Positions 22,936 through 36,093 of a DNA stretch of 36,242 bases are shown piece by piece. Origin of the DNA: Octopus sinensis (Eukaryota). Numbering within the stretch: the first letter of the stretch is position 1; each line of letters opens with the position of its first letter. The position numbers and the translations under genes were made by a program. Below the pieces are notes generated by a model. The model made no database searches. It saw only the letters and a list, made by a program, of their open reading frames with translations, and was not told the DNA's origin. The stretch is taken from the NCBI RefSeq assembly GCF_006345805.1, contig NW_021826224.1:1-36242 (forward strand), read 5' to 3'.

Positions 22936-23171
22936 TGGTTGCGAGCTGGCAGAATCGTTAGCACGCCGGGCGAAATGCGTAGCCGTTTTTCGTCTGCCGT
23001 TACGTTCTGAGTTCAAATTCCGCCGAGGTCGATTTTGCCTTTCATCCTTTCGGGGTCGATAAATTAAGTACCAGTTACGCACTGGGGTCGATGTAATCGA
23101 CTTAATCCGTTTGTCTGTCCTTGTTTGTCCTCACTGTGTTTAGCCCCTTGTGGGTAGTAAAGAAATAGGTA
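22936..23171 (+). mobile_element. SINE family A, full length (the only plus-strand copy seen)
   Basis: GCGAGCTGGCAGAATCGTTAGC..GAGTTCAAATTCC..CATCCTTTCGGGGTCGATAAA..GTAGTAAAGAAATAGGTA. Confidence 0.92.
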
Positions 23172-23279
23172 CTGTTGACCATTGTTTTACGTCACAGAAT
23201 GCACCTCGCCACGTACCCACTCACATATACGCACACACACTTCACTTCACATCCATAGTATCAACATAAGTATATACGA

Positions 23280-23317
<38 letters not shown>

Positions 23318-23588
23318 ACCGCTCGTCTGGCGCGGGAATGGAAATTACAATCTTGTGATCGTGATTATAGCAGTAATAATATAAAGTGTATGAACTTCAA
23401 GATTCATCCTCCTACGAGCTTCGTTACCATCATTTTGACTTATTCAATGAAGGCAAAAGGTTTATGGTTCCCTAAACATTTTGCTTGCATACTGATGATT
23501 TTTGGAAGAACTACTTCTGGTTTACTAGAACCAGGCCAATCATTCCTAGAACAATTCAATATCACCCATGGAACATGACTTCAAAATC

Positions 23589-23803
23589 CTTTCTACTATA
23601 GGCATAAGACCTAAAATTTTACGGGAAGAAGTAAGTCAATTACACCAAAGCTAGTGCTCAACTTGTTTCTATGTTATCGGTCACAAAAGGATGAAGGATA
23701 AAGTCGACTTCAGCGACATTTGAACTCATAACGTAAACAGCTGAAAGAATGCTGTTATGCATTGTCACCGGCGTGGTAACGATTCTGCCAGTTCGCCATC
23801 TTA
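23589..23803 (-). mobile_element. SINE family A, diverged
   Basis: Colinear with the 869-1080 copy but with many substitutions. Confidence 0.8.
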
Positions 23804-24174
23804 ACATGACTTGATAATGATTCTTAACATTGGCACATCAACAAGAACGGTAGAGAAGGTGTAAAGTTGATTGAATATTCAATAACACAGTACAACAATA
23901 CATAACTGGTGATGATTTAATCAAGCCTAGTTGGATGAAAGACAAGACCGGCTCTAGATGGGTTTAAAGGCGAGGATATAATGGGATGCAAATCAATACT
24001 GCAATGCATTAAGTTCAGTATTCTACAGTTTCTCCCATCCTTCCGTCTTATCAAAATTATCATAATGGTTATAGTATTGTACCGAACCTTCCTTAAACTT
24101 GAGCGAGACAAACAGACAAATCAGCAGCGTTTGAATTCTGTTGTTCTGTGGGCGGCTGTTAATGGTTCTCAAAT

Positions 24175-24587
24175 AGGCGCAGGAGTAGCTGTGTGGTAAG
24201 TAGCTTGCTTACCAACCACATGGTTCCGGGTTCAGTCCCACTGCGTGGCATCTTGGGCAAGTGTCTTCTACTATAGCCTCGGGCCGACCAATGCCTTGTG
24301 AGTGGATTTGGTAGATGGAAACTGAAAGAAGCCTGTCGTATATATGTATATATATATATGTGTGTGTGTATATGTGTTTGTGTGTCTGTGTTTGTCTCCC
24401 TAGCATTGCTTGACAACCGATGCTGGTGTGTTTAGGTCCCCCTCACTTAGCGGTTCGGCAAAAGAGACCGATAGAATAAGTACTGGGCTTACGAAGAATA
24501 AGTCCCGGGGTCGATTTGCTCGACTAAAGGCGGTGCTCCAGCATGGCCGCAGTCAAATGACTGAAACTAGTAAAAGAGTAAAAGAGT

Positions 24588-24595
<8 letters not shown>
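24175..24595 (+). mobile_element. SINE family B, full length, tail running into (GA)n (24596-24663)
   Basis: Best-preserved copy; (AGTAAA)n tail. Confidence 0.92.
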
Positions 24596-24667
<72 letters not shown>

Positions 24668-25076
24668 GTTACCCGTCATCCTAAATAGAAATATATTTAC
24701 TAAGAAAGAGAATGCACGTTCCTTTTGACTGCAGTGTGAAGGTGAAAAATTACAAATAAATCACTCCATTGGTATAGTTGTTCTCGTTTTGAGATTTAAT
24801 GTAATACTCCATGAGGGAAGCTCATGTAGCAACAGACAAAAGTTAAATAAACAGACGCAGGACTTCAATTATCGATGCTTGTTTTGGATAAGGGAAGCGC
24901 TGCTGATTAGGACTATTAGATTAACTCTGTTGGCTCTCGCTATCTAATCTACACCTTCAAGAGCTGATTTCATCTAAGCGTCACGCCCCCACTAAGACAT
25001 ATATCCAAAGAAAATAGTATGTACAGTCTCTAATTATATTTGAGATAGTAAAGAATCATAGACAGAGTGTTCTCTT

Positions 25077-25270
25077 TCTCTTTTACTCTTTCACTTGTTT
25101 CAGTCATTTGACTGCGGCCATGCTGGAGCACCGCCTTTAGTCGAGCAAATCGATCCCAGGGCTTATTCTTTGGAAGTCTAGTACTTATTCTATCGGTCTC
25201 TTTTTGCCGAACCGCTAAGTTACGGGAACATAAACACACCGCCATCGGTTGTTAAGCGATGTTGGTGGGA
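25077..25270 (-). mobile_element. SINE family B, 3' half
   Basis: Tail sequence as in the other B copies. Confidence 0.88.
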
Positions 25271-25375
25271 GGACAAGTTCTCTTTATAGATGAATTCCAA
25301 AAATTGAACTGTTATTTCACAGAAGATGCTTGAAATACTACGTATGAAATGTGTGCGCGTGCGTGCGTGTGTGTT

Positions 25376-25414
<39 letters not shown>

Positions 25415-25819
25415 ATGAATGAGTTAACGTAATTATGAGCATACGTATCTGTACGTACATCAGTTTTTCTTTATTGAAATCTCTCTGTAGCGAAAATAAA
25501 AAAAAGAAAACTAATAATTCATGGTTCAAAAAATGATTTATTTAATGTGTTTTACTTTATCTCTACGCCCTGAATCGAACCCTTAATCCGAAGAGGTACT
25601 TTTTTTTTTTTACTTGCTTAAGCTGTAGAAGATGGAGAAGATTCATTCGATAATTAAGTGAATAAGGAACTGATCGAAGAAACAAAATAGAGGAATTATG
25701 GTAAATTTCATTAATTTATCATTCAATACAGCATCATCGATCATGTTTCATTTTTACCTCATCTTCCTTCTTCCCCCGCTCCCACCGGCAACCTTTAACT
25801 TGAAATAGAGATATGCAGA

Positions 25820-26420
<601 letters not shown>

Positions 26421-27038
26421 TGGAAGTTTCAGGAAAAAAAATTATATAAGAAATTTCAATTCTATTTTAAACCGGAAATTATTATTTTCTAAAACACATG
26501 TTTCTTTTTCTTCTTTATTTATTTTTTCAGTTTCGAAATATTTATCTTTTTTTTAAAAAATTTTTTTGTGTTTATGGTTGTTCTTTGTGTTGGCGAGTAC
26601 CATATACTTGACTCATGCACATACTTTCACACACATACACGCGTGCACGATCACACACACACACACACACACAGAGGCAAGGCACACAGATATAATTTTG
26701 TGTGTGAGTGTAAGTGTGCATTGCGTGTACGTATGTATGTGTGGAATATGTGTGTGTGTGTGTGTGTGTGTGTTATTGTGTATAAACATAATAGTTATTT
26801 CTCTGCAGGAAATGTTTGATTTTTAATCTTTTAGTCAGGAGAGCTCCAGACTAAAAGATTACAGAAAAAAAAAAATTATAGGGTTTTCGAAACTTGTAAG
26901 GAAAGAGAGAAGAATGGTGACCTTGAAGTAGAAACCTAGCCCGAATGCTAGCAATATAGTGGACCCCTCTACGGTTAGCCAATGTGCCAAGAGGTGTTGA
27001 AACGGGTCTCGGGTTGTCTACCATTCAAAGTGGTCATG

Positions 27039-27266
27039 GCGGGATTTCAACTCAGAACGCAATGTACCGAAGCAAATATCAAAGGCATCCGGTTCAACGT
27101 TTTTACAGTTCCGCCAATCCCCAGCCTTAGGTTGATAATTTTTTTATCGATTCCTAGAAGGATGGAAGGCAAAATTGGCCTCGGCTGGATTTGAACACAG
27201 GACGCAAAGGGTCAAAATAAATACTGTGAACCGTTCCATTCGAAGGATTCAGCCAGTTTGCCACCT
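27039..27266 (-). mobile_element. Two degenerate family A-like SINE fragments
   Basis: GGGATTTCAACTCAGAACG at about 27043 and TTTATCGATTCCTAGAAGGATGGAAGGCAAA..GATTTGAAC at about 27141. Confidence 0.65.
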
Positions 27267-27299
27267 GAAAGTAGTTTTTGTTTGTTGCGTCTCTTTTGG

Positions 27300-27830
27300 A
27301 ACAAAACAAAGCGGTGTACAACATGTTCTAAAATGACATCTTGCCACCTCTTTTGGGAGTGTGATCACTATACAATAAACGAGTATTTACTTGTACTTGT
27401 GGCGACATTCACCCTGGGCGGGTTGAGTCAGCTTCTTCTACCACCCTCGAGGCATCTCCAACCATGGCAGTGGAAGAAGTTTCGTGGGAATATGAATTTC
27501 ACAAGCGGTCCCCAACACTCCCGCATGTAGAGACATCCTGTTTGCCGCAGATTGTCCGCGGACGCAGGGACAGAACGACCGAGGAGCCGCCGGTTGCCGA
27601 AACAGACACTCCGAGGATTTTCACCAGAGCCCCGTCTGCCGGGTTGTGGCCCTAATACCGCTCGGTGTCAGACCAATCCGCCTTGGGTGGCCCTACCAGG
27701 AACCGAAGTTCCCGACGGCATAGCTCTGACACTACCCGTTGCCAGCATCCCCACCACGGTGAGGAGGGGATGGACTGTAGTATTTAGTTGAAGCTTTTCC
27801 ACGAATCTGGAGATGATGCCATGATGCCAC
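27300..27830 (+). mobile_element. Possible internally deleted LTR-retrotransposon remnant
   Basis: GC-rich island; AATAAA at about 27376; purine tract GAGGAGGGGA (27761-27770) just before TGTAGTATTTAG (27776), resembling a PPT plus LTR start. No recognisable protein motif. Confidence 0.35.
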
Positions 27831-28965
27831 CCATTCGTCAATCTAAGACCACGGTAACCAAACGTTTCGATCATTTCTGAAATTGAATCCGCACTCTTGG
27901 CATTGATCCGAGTTGTATTTAGCGACTAAAGCTTCTAATATACAGACATTAATCACTGGGTGAATATTTTTTACTTACTTACACAGAAGTCCAAATCGAC
28001 ATATACGTGAAAAAGAATAATGGTTATCTGTTGCAAGTCTACGTGATGTACTGGTATGATTGAGTGAATTTTACTTCATACATCTCGATTTTGACTAAAG
28101 AAGATAACCGCTTAGTATGATTGCTAACAAACAGATCAAACAGCATTGATCAGGTGTCGATCAATGCGTAACGTAGTTCCACACACCTGTGTATAATAGT
28201 GACTTTATACCAAGCTTCCTTGCCATTACATTTAAACATCTGAATAATGTGTATATTGTTTCAAATTTATCATTTGGAAGAATAAGATAACAAAATAACG
28301 TGAGACTCAGTATATTTACCAATAAGTATTTCTCTGTAGTTTACTCATCATTATTTTAGTTTACCTTGTCTTTAATGTTCTCTGCTTATGACTGAAAATG
28401 CAAAATACTGGCCAGAACGGTATTGAAAAGATAAAGAATTATCAATGATGTTCTGTCATTAAATCTATATAGAAATCCATAAATATTCATTCAGATCTAT
28501 AGTGAAGCAATATTTTTGCCAACGCACAAAGCATTACAGCATTTCAAAGTTAACTAATATATATTACAAAAGTAAATATAGTTTCGTTAAATAATAAATG
28601 ATTTCTTAAATTTATACTGCTTATAATTTTATAATTTCTGTCGGTGAGATTGATGTAACTTTATGGTAAATGTTTAGTAGAAAATTTAATCTGAGGTACT
28701 GCGTTGAACCAAGTGTTCTACCATCTTGATTCAGTCATTTTGGTAACTTAAGACGAGAACATTTATATTTAATTTTTAAGATTATTTTTCAATAACTACA
28801 GCAACATTTTAGAAGTACAGGTACGATCTCACACAAATATATAAAGTTGAGGATAATGCCAGTGTTTTAGCTGAACAATGAAAAGCGTCTAGAACTGTCT
28901 GCGCGCGCATGCATACGTAAACACACAGACACAGACACACACACACTTCTAAAAATAATAATATA

Positions 28966-29440
28966 TATTTCTTTACTACCCACAAGGGGCTAAACACAGA
29001 GGGGATAAACAAGGACAGACAAACGGATTAAGTCGATTATATCGACCCCAGTGCGTAACTGGTACTTAATTTATCGACCACGAAAGGATGAAAGGCAAAG
29101 TCGACCTCGGCGGAATTTGAACTCAGAACGTAGCGGCAGACGAAATACGGTTACGCATTTCGCCCGGCGTGCTAACGCTTCTGCCAGCTCGCCGCCTTAA
29201 AATACCTATTTCTTTACTACTCACAAGGGGCTACACACAGAGAGGACAAACAAGGACAGACAAATGAATTAAGTCGATTATATCGACCTCAGTGCGTAAC
29301 TGGTACTTAATTTATCGACCCCGAAAGGATGAAAGGCAAATTCGACCTCGGCGGAATTTGAACTCAGAACGTAGCGGCATATGAAATACGGCTACGCATT
29401 TCGCCCGGCGTGCTAACGTTTCTGCCAGCTCGCCGCCTTA
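28966..29440 (-). mobile_element. Head-to-tail dimer of SINE family A within one 20-bp TSD
   Basis: Copies at about 28966-29199 and 29200-29440; CTTCTAAAAATAATAATATA at 28946-28965 and 29441-29460. Confidence 0.92.
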
Positions 29441-29940
29441 CTTCTAAAAATAATAATATAAACGTTTAAATAGACCATGTGCTTGCTTCCAATGATAAAA
29501 GCTTAAGCATTTCTTATTAAATGTAAAGAATATTGTTGGGATTTGCCACTACATGAAAGTATATTAACCAAGAAATTTCCTTTTCACATGAAACAATAAC
29601 CGGCTTTTCTTTTTCTGCGTTACATACGATTTACAAGGATTTTAAATAGATTTTAGTTATTGATCTTCACAACCACGTGAAGATCTTGGGAGAAATGCTG
29701 ATGGACATTAGCTTTTGGGTGTACTGTTCTATTTATAAAAGTCTCAACTTTTGAACCTCATGTAACTGTCTACAAGTATTTAAAAAACACCCAACAAAGT
29801 TAATTGAAAACGAAACAGAATGTATCAAAACAATAGACACTAAAAAATTACGAAAGATAAAAAAAAAAAACAATCTAATTACATCCAATTCTCTTCCTTA
29901 CATCACAACACACAACCCCCAAATCACACAAACATACAAC

Positions 29941-30159
29941 ATTCATTTCTACTCTAGGCACAAGGCCCGAAATTTGGGGGGAAAGGCCAGTCGATTAGAT
30001 CGACCCCAGTACGCAATTGGTACTTAATTTATCGACTCCGAAAGGATGAAAAGTAAAGTCGACTTCGGCGGAATTTCAACTCAGAACGTAAAGACAGAGG
30101 AAATAGAACTAAGCATTTTGCCCGGCTGCTAACGATTCTGCCAGCTCACCGCCTTATCT
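29941..30159 (-). mobile_element. SINE family A with 12-bp TSD
   Basis: CAAACATACAAC at 29929-29940 and 30160-30171. Confidence 0.9.
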
Positions 30160-30499
30160 CAAACATACAACGTTAACCATCAAAATATTCATTATTGAAA
30201 CATGACGCAAGAATGGAAAAAGTACTCGAAATGCAAAAAAAAACAATCAAGAGTAAAAGGGAGGCAAAAAATGACTTACCTGCACGAAATTACCCACCAA
30301 AAACAAAACACCAATAATTACCTTAATTGAGGGACCTGCATCAACTATAATAGAAAATATATTTTATAAATTTTAATCGTGGAGTATTTTGGTAAAACAT
30401 GGTAAAACAAAAATCACTTCATCTGCCCGTCAAAAATTTAATCTCTGATTTTGTTTCAAAATTTGGCATAAGGTCAATACGTTCGTAGGGGAGGTGCGC

Positions 30500-30642
30500 A
30501 ATTGGTACTTATTTTATCGACTCCCAAAGGATGAAAGGCAAATTCGACCTCGGTAGAATATAAGCTCAGAACGAAAAGACGAGCAAAATGCCGCTAAGCA
30601 TTTTGACCGGCGCACTGACGAGTCTACTAATTTGCTGCCTTA
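30500..30642 (-). mobile_element. SINE family A, diverged fragment
   Basis: TTTTATCGACTCCCAAAGGATGAAAGGCAAA..CTCAGAACG. Confidence 0.8.
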
Positions 30643-30930
30643 ATTTAATTAATGATATCAAATGCAATCACTGAAACGAATATTACATAAAACAAACGAA
30701 ACAAACCTTGAGTAAATAACTCAATATTCATTGGCAACAAATACGAGAATTTAATACCACACAGATTCCTTTAAACGAGCATTTAAGCTTATGTGCTACA
30801 AACAAATCACCAAGGTAGAGAGAGGAGAGAGAGAGGAGCCGGGAGAGTATCTGTTAGAGGCCGAATACCAGTCAGTCAGTCGGGTGGACCTTTTTTGGAT
30901 GCAGTCCAGGATGTCTTTCTGCATTCCAGA

Positions 30931-31324
30931 CTAGCAGTATCGCCCGGCGTTGCTCGGGTTTGTAAGGGAAATAACTATATAAGCATTTTTAGAGATGTAA
31001 AGTATAATAGCCATCTCAATATGGCTAACCACAAAGGGTGGGGTGTTACTGTAGCTTTTTACGTTCTGAGATTTAATAAATTTTTAGAGAGTTACTTCCC
31101 TTATATATGCCAAAAATGCATTAAAAATGGGAAAAATTGATGGTAATTTTTTTTTTAAATGGTAGACTCATCGTAGACGCGCGCTAATACCCAGAAGGGC
31201 TCGATATGATACACGACTATAAGATACCCGGTTTTGGTTAAACTGCACCGCAAAATGTGGGAGTAGTTAGGAATCTAAATCGTAGGAGACAGACAGCACA
31301 CAACCTCTCTTTTATATATAAAGA
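30931..31324 (-). mobile_element. Non-autonomous Helitron, copy 1
   Basis: Minus strand: 5' TC(TTTATATATAAAA) at 31324; 3' hairpin CCCG-AGCAACGC-CGGG then CTAG ending at 30931, followed by T. Confidence 0.85.
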
Positions 31325-31837
31325 CTAGCAGTATCGCCCGGCGTTGCTCGGGTTTGTAAGAGAAATAACTATATAAGCATTTTTAGAGAGTTACTTCCCT
31401 TATAGATGCCAATTCAGGCTTCCTTAGCCATTTCTGTTTTGGTGTCTTCAAGCCATGAAGTCGTTGTTCTAAAAGAACGCTGGTCTCCTTGACAACGCTT
31501 TACGACGTTGATTTCTTTACACTCCCTTCCCCACAGCTTCTCGAGGGAGGGAAGAAGGGGGAGAAGCAAACAGGTGCAGGTATGACCATGGACGCCAACT
31601 CCGCCGCCATCGACACACGAAAAATTATGCATTAAAATGGAATAAAAAATGATGTTAAATTATTTTTAAAATCGTAGACTCATCGTAGACACGCGCTAAT
31701 ACTCAGACGGGCTCGATATGAATCACGACTATAAGATACCCGAATTTGGTTAAACTGCACCGCAAAATGTGGGAGTAGTTAGGAATCTAAATCGAAGGGG
31801 ACAGACACTCACACAACTACAGTTTTATATATATAGA
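31325..31837 (-). mobile_element. Non-autonomous Helitron, copy 2 (tandem with copy 1)
   Basis: Minus strand A|TCTATATATATAAAA at 31837; same 3' hairpin and CTAG at 31325-31328; shares long blocks with copy 1; has an extra ~200-bp segment at about 31410-31620. Confidence 0.85.
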
Positions 31838-31972
31838 TATGTCAATAAAACCTTGCAGAGTGTCGAAAGCTATTGGGGGGGGGGGGGTTGACATGACTAA
31901 TCTTAGAGATGCGGTTCGAGCTATGTTTAGAATGTGCTTTTGCCAGGAGAAGTTATTGGTGATAATAGAGAG

Positions 31973-32910
<938 letters not shown>

Positions 32911-33299
32911 GAAAGGGAGAGCGCAGGATTATGATTGCGCTTATTTCTCATTCGATGGCCTCGGCGTCGGGCTGGGAAGGTCCATCAGAATGTGATAGAG
33001 TGCAAAATTCCGATGTAGCTAAGGTTATTGAGATTTTCAAGGGGACACTGCATGGCCGCGAAATTAATTTAAAAGCTCGTACCTGGAAGCTGTGTGGATT
33101 TGTATATCCTAACCTCGTTTTGCCCAAGGCTAAAGCCACCAGTATATTAAAAGCAAATTGCAATTCATGAACGAATGATTGAGTTGAGATGAAATGCTGA
33201 AGGAATATGCTTCTCTCACCTTATTCTGCTCACTCGTTCTTCTCTTTCACTTTTGTTGTTGCCATTATTTCTTACTCATCTCACTTGTTCGCGTTCAAT

Positions 33300-33304
33300 A
33301 TGCC

Positions 33305-33335
<31 letters not shown>

Positions 33336-33666
33336 TTGTGTGTGTGTATGTATGTATATATGGCGAATATGTGAGTGTATGTATCAGTATACATATATGT
33401 GAAAATGGCGAGTATGTATATATATATTATATATATATATATATATAATATATATATGCATGTACATATTGTGTGTATATATAAGGATAGAGAGAGAGAG
33501 AGAGAGAGAGAGGTGTATGGGAGAGGGATGGAGACAGTGAGGGGAGGAAGTTTATGGAAGTGGAAGTACAAATATAGGTACATATTTGTTTACAAAAGCA
33601 CATAGTTATAAAGAGTCGAATCAAAAAAGGAAAGAAAACAGGAAATCCCACACGCACAATATATAT

Positions 33667-33703
<37 letters not shown>

Positions 33704-33785
33704 TATATAATAATATAAATATATATGTGTGGGTGTGGTGTATGTATATACATACATACATATAATTACACACACATACATACAT

Positions 33786-33835
<50 letters not shown>

Positions 33836-33900
33836 ATATATATATATATATCTATATATATATACACATCTATGTTCGATATACGTGCACACACGCGCCA
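33300..33900. repeat. Compound microsatellite block
   Basis: Seen directly. Confidence 0.93.
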
Positions 33901-34206
33901 TGCACCCATATTGAAAACCGATACACACACTATTCGCTATATGCAACAGAAAAAGTATTAGATTAAAATAGCCCATGTGCATCGTGTTAATGGTAATCTG
34001 TTGCTAAAACCCAACTACTTCAATATTCTTCCGGAGATGCTATGGACGTGCTGTGTTGAAAAAGTACGATATATTCGAGGCAGACGAAAATCATCTGAGC
34101 AGTAGCAGATGAGTATGCTGGATTCACATTTTTATCACGTTGATGATGTCAGTAGCGTGTACTCACAGTCAGCCGCATACTATGACGAATCTGTCACTAT
34201 CGATAT

Positions 34207-34588
34207 GGATGGAAGCACTCCGTCGTTACGACGATGAGGGTTCCGGTTGATCCGAATCACGGAACAGCCTGCTCGTGAAATTGACGTGTAGTGGCTGAGC
34301 ACTCCACAGACACGTGTACCCTTAACGTAGTTCTCGGGGATATTCAGCGTGACACAGAGAGTGACAAGGCCGGCCTTTGAAATACAGGTACAACAGAAAC
34401 AGGAAGAAAGGTGAGAAAAAGTCGTGGTGAAAGAGTACAGCAGGGATCACCACCATCCCCTGCCGGAGCTCGTGGAGCTTTTAGGTGTTTTCGCTCAATA
34501 AACCTCACAACGCCCGGTCTGGGATCGAAACCACGATCCTATGACCGTGAGTCCGCTGCCCTAACCACTGGGTCATTGCGCCTTCACT
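34207..34588 (-). mobile_element. SINE family D, full length with TSD
   Basis: Reverse complement of the 11063 copy; TATCGATAT at 34198-34206 and 34589-34597. Confidence 0.88.
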
Positions 34589-35683
34589 TATCGATATAGA
34601 AAACAGGGAATGAACAATCACTCGTCTTACAAATGGCCGCCCAATTTAATCACTTATACGCAACGGAAGCAGTATTAGGTAAAAAGCTGTGTATCGTACT
34701 TAATGTAATAAATCGCAGAAAGCAAATTGCTGCGGTGTTCGTTCGGATTAATTTTTCTTACGGATGTACTGTGTTCAGTCTGTATCAGTTGTGACAGATT
34801 TTGCCTTAGCATGAGGCTGGTTGTGAGTATGACGCTACTGACAACGTCCAACGAGCACAAATGCGCGCCTAGCATTCTCACCAACTGTTGCAAGTACGAT
34901 TTTCGTTTGCCTTTGACATATATTGTGCAGGAATGGGTTGTGTCATGCGCAAACAGGTATTGTTACAATAACCAATCTGCCACATGTAATCTTTCATCTC
35001 TCGTTAATCGACGATTTCAGTTTATTAATGAAAATGTCTTCTCTATACTCAAATTACATATGCCTTGATGATAACCGTTAAAACTTGAGTGTAATAAGTC
35101 TCTCTGTACTCGCCATTTACCCGTACTCTCCCAAGTTTCTTTGTTGTAACTGTTGTATCTCGTCGCCCTATATCTTTCAATAGCAACCTGTGGACAGGGT
35201 TGTGGAGCATCAACTCTACCTATTATCTTGGCAATGATTAAAAAAACCTCATTACCTAACCCAAAATATGCTCTTGGAACAACTAGGCACTGTCTCTCTT
35301 AACCTACGCGTCCCACGTTTTTCATGCTTGGACCTACGTCCAGTGCTTTTAGCGTGGTCATGTTAAGAGTTATTAAAATTTGGACACTTGCTTTGGTGTG
35401 TCTCGAGGCACAAATAGCTATTTTTGCAAATGTGAACGTTTGTGTCACTTACATTTTCTTTTTCTCTTCATTTTTAAAATTTAATATATAGGGTTTTTAA
35501 AGAAGTGGTGCGTATATATGTATGTATATATAAACTTAGATAAACTTAGATAACCAAAGATTGGTCCAGGCCATGTCTAACTTAATAGCACCACCTGATA
35601 GGATTATTTGAATCCTGTTTAAGTCAAGTTTTGTTTATGGTCCATTCAAGTAGTGAGTTTTTGTTGGGTGAGTTGAGTTGGGT

Positions 35684-36093
35684 GGACCCCGCTGGTGACT
35701 TTTGCTGGGTTTGAGTGGACTCCATCAACTACAACATGTTGTGTTCTATTCGCTAGGAAATACTGAATCCAGTGTAGAACTTTTCCACGGATTCCAACAT
35801 TTGCCAATTTTGAGAGTAGGATGTTATGGTCTACCCTGTCGAACGCTTTACTGAAGTCAAGGTATATGACGTCAGAGTTCGAACCTGTTCCCAAGGCTTT
35901 GAGTACATCTTCAATGTGGTGTAAGAGCTGTGTTAGACAGTCCCTGCCACAGCGAAAGCCATGTTGATTTGAATTTAGGAGTTTGTGGGTCTCCAGGAAG
36001 TCAGCTATCCTTGATCTTAACACTCTTTCAAACACTTTAATGATGTGGGAGGTGAGTGAGATTGGGCGATAGTTGACTGCGAGGGATCTGTTT
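35684..36093 (-). mobile_element. CR1/L2-type LINE reverse transcriptase fragment, inverted 5' segment
   Basis: Open frame NRSLAVNYRPISLTSHIIKVFER..QHGFR..YLDFSKAFDRVDH..VTSGV (RT motifs NYRPISL, QHGF, DFSKAFD), ending just before the expected PQG. Confidence 0.93.

Noticed and set aside
28143-28167. 9-bp hairpin GCATTGATC-AGGTGTC-GATCAATGC as a terminator or ncRNA
   Set aside because: Short enough to arise by chance in 36 kb; no U-tract or other support.
34675-35068. ORFs 34675..34893 (-) and 34727..35068 (+) as genes
   Set aside because: They overlap one arm of the old inverted repeat and show no protein motif.
35010-35300. About 90-codon stop-free minus frame without ATG
   Set aside because: No recognisable domain and no clear splice boundaries.
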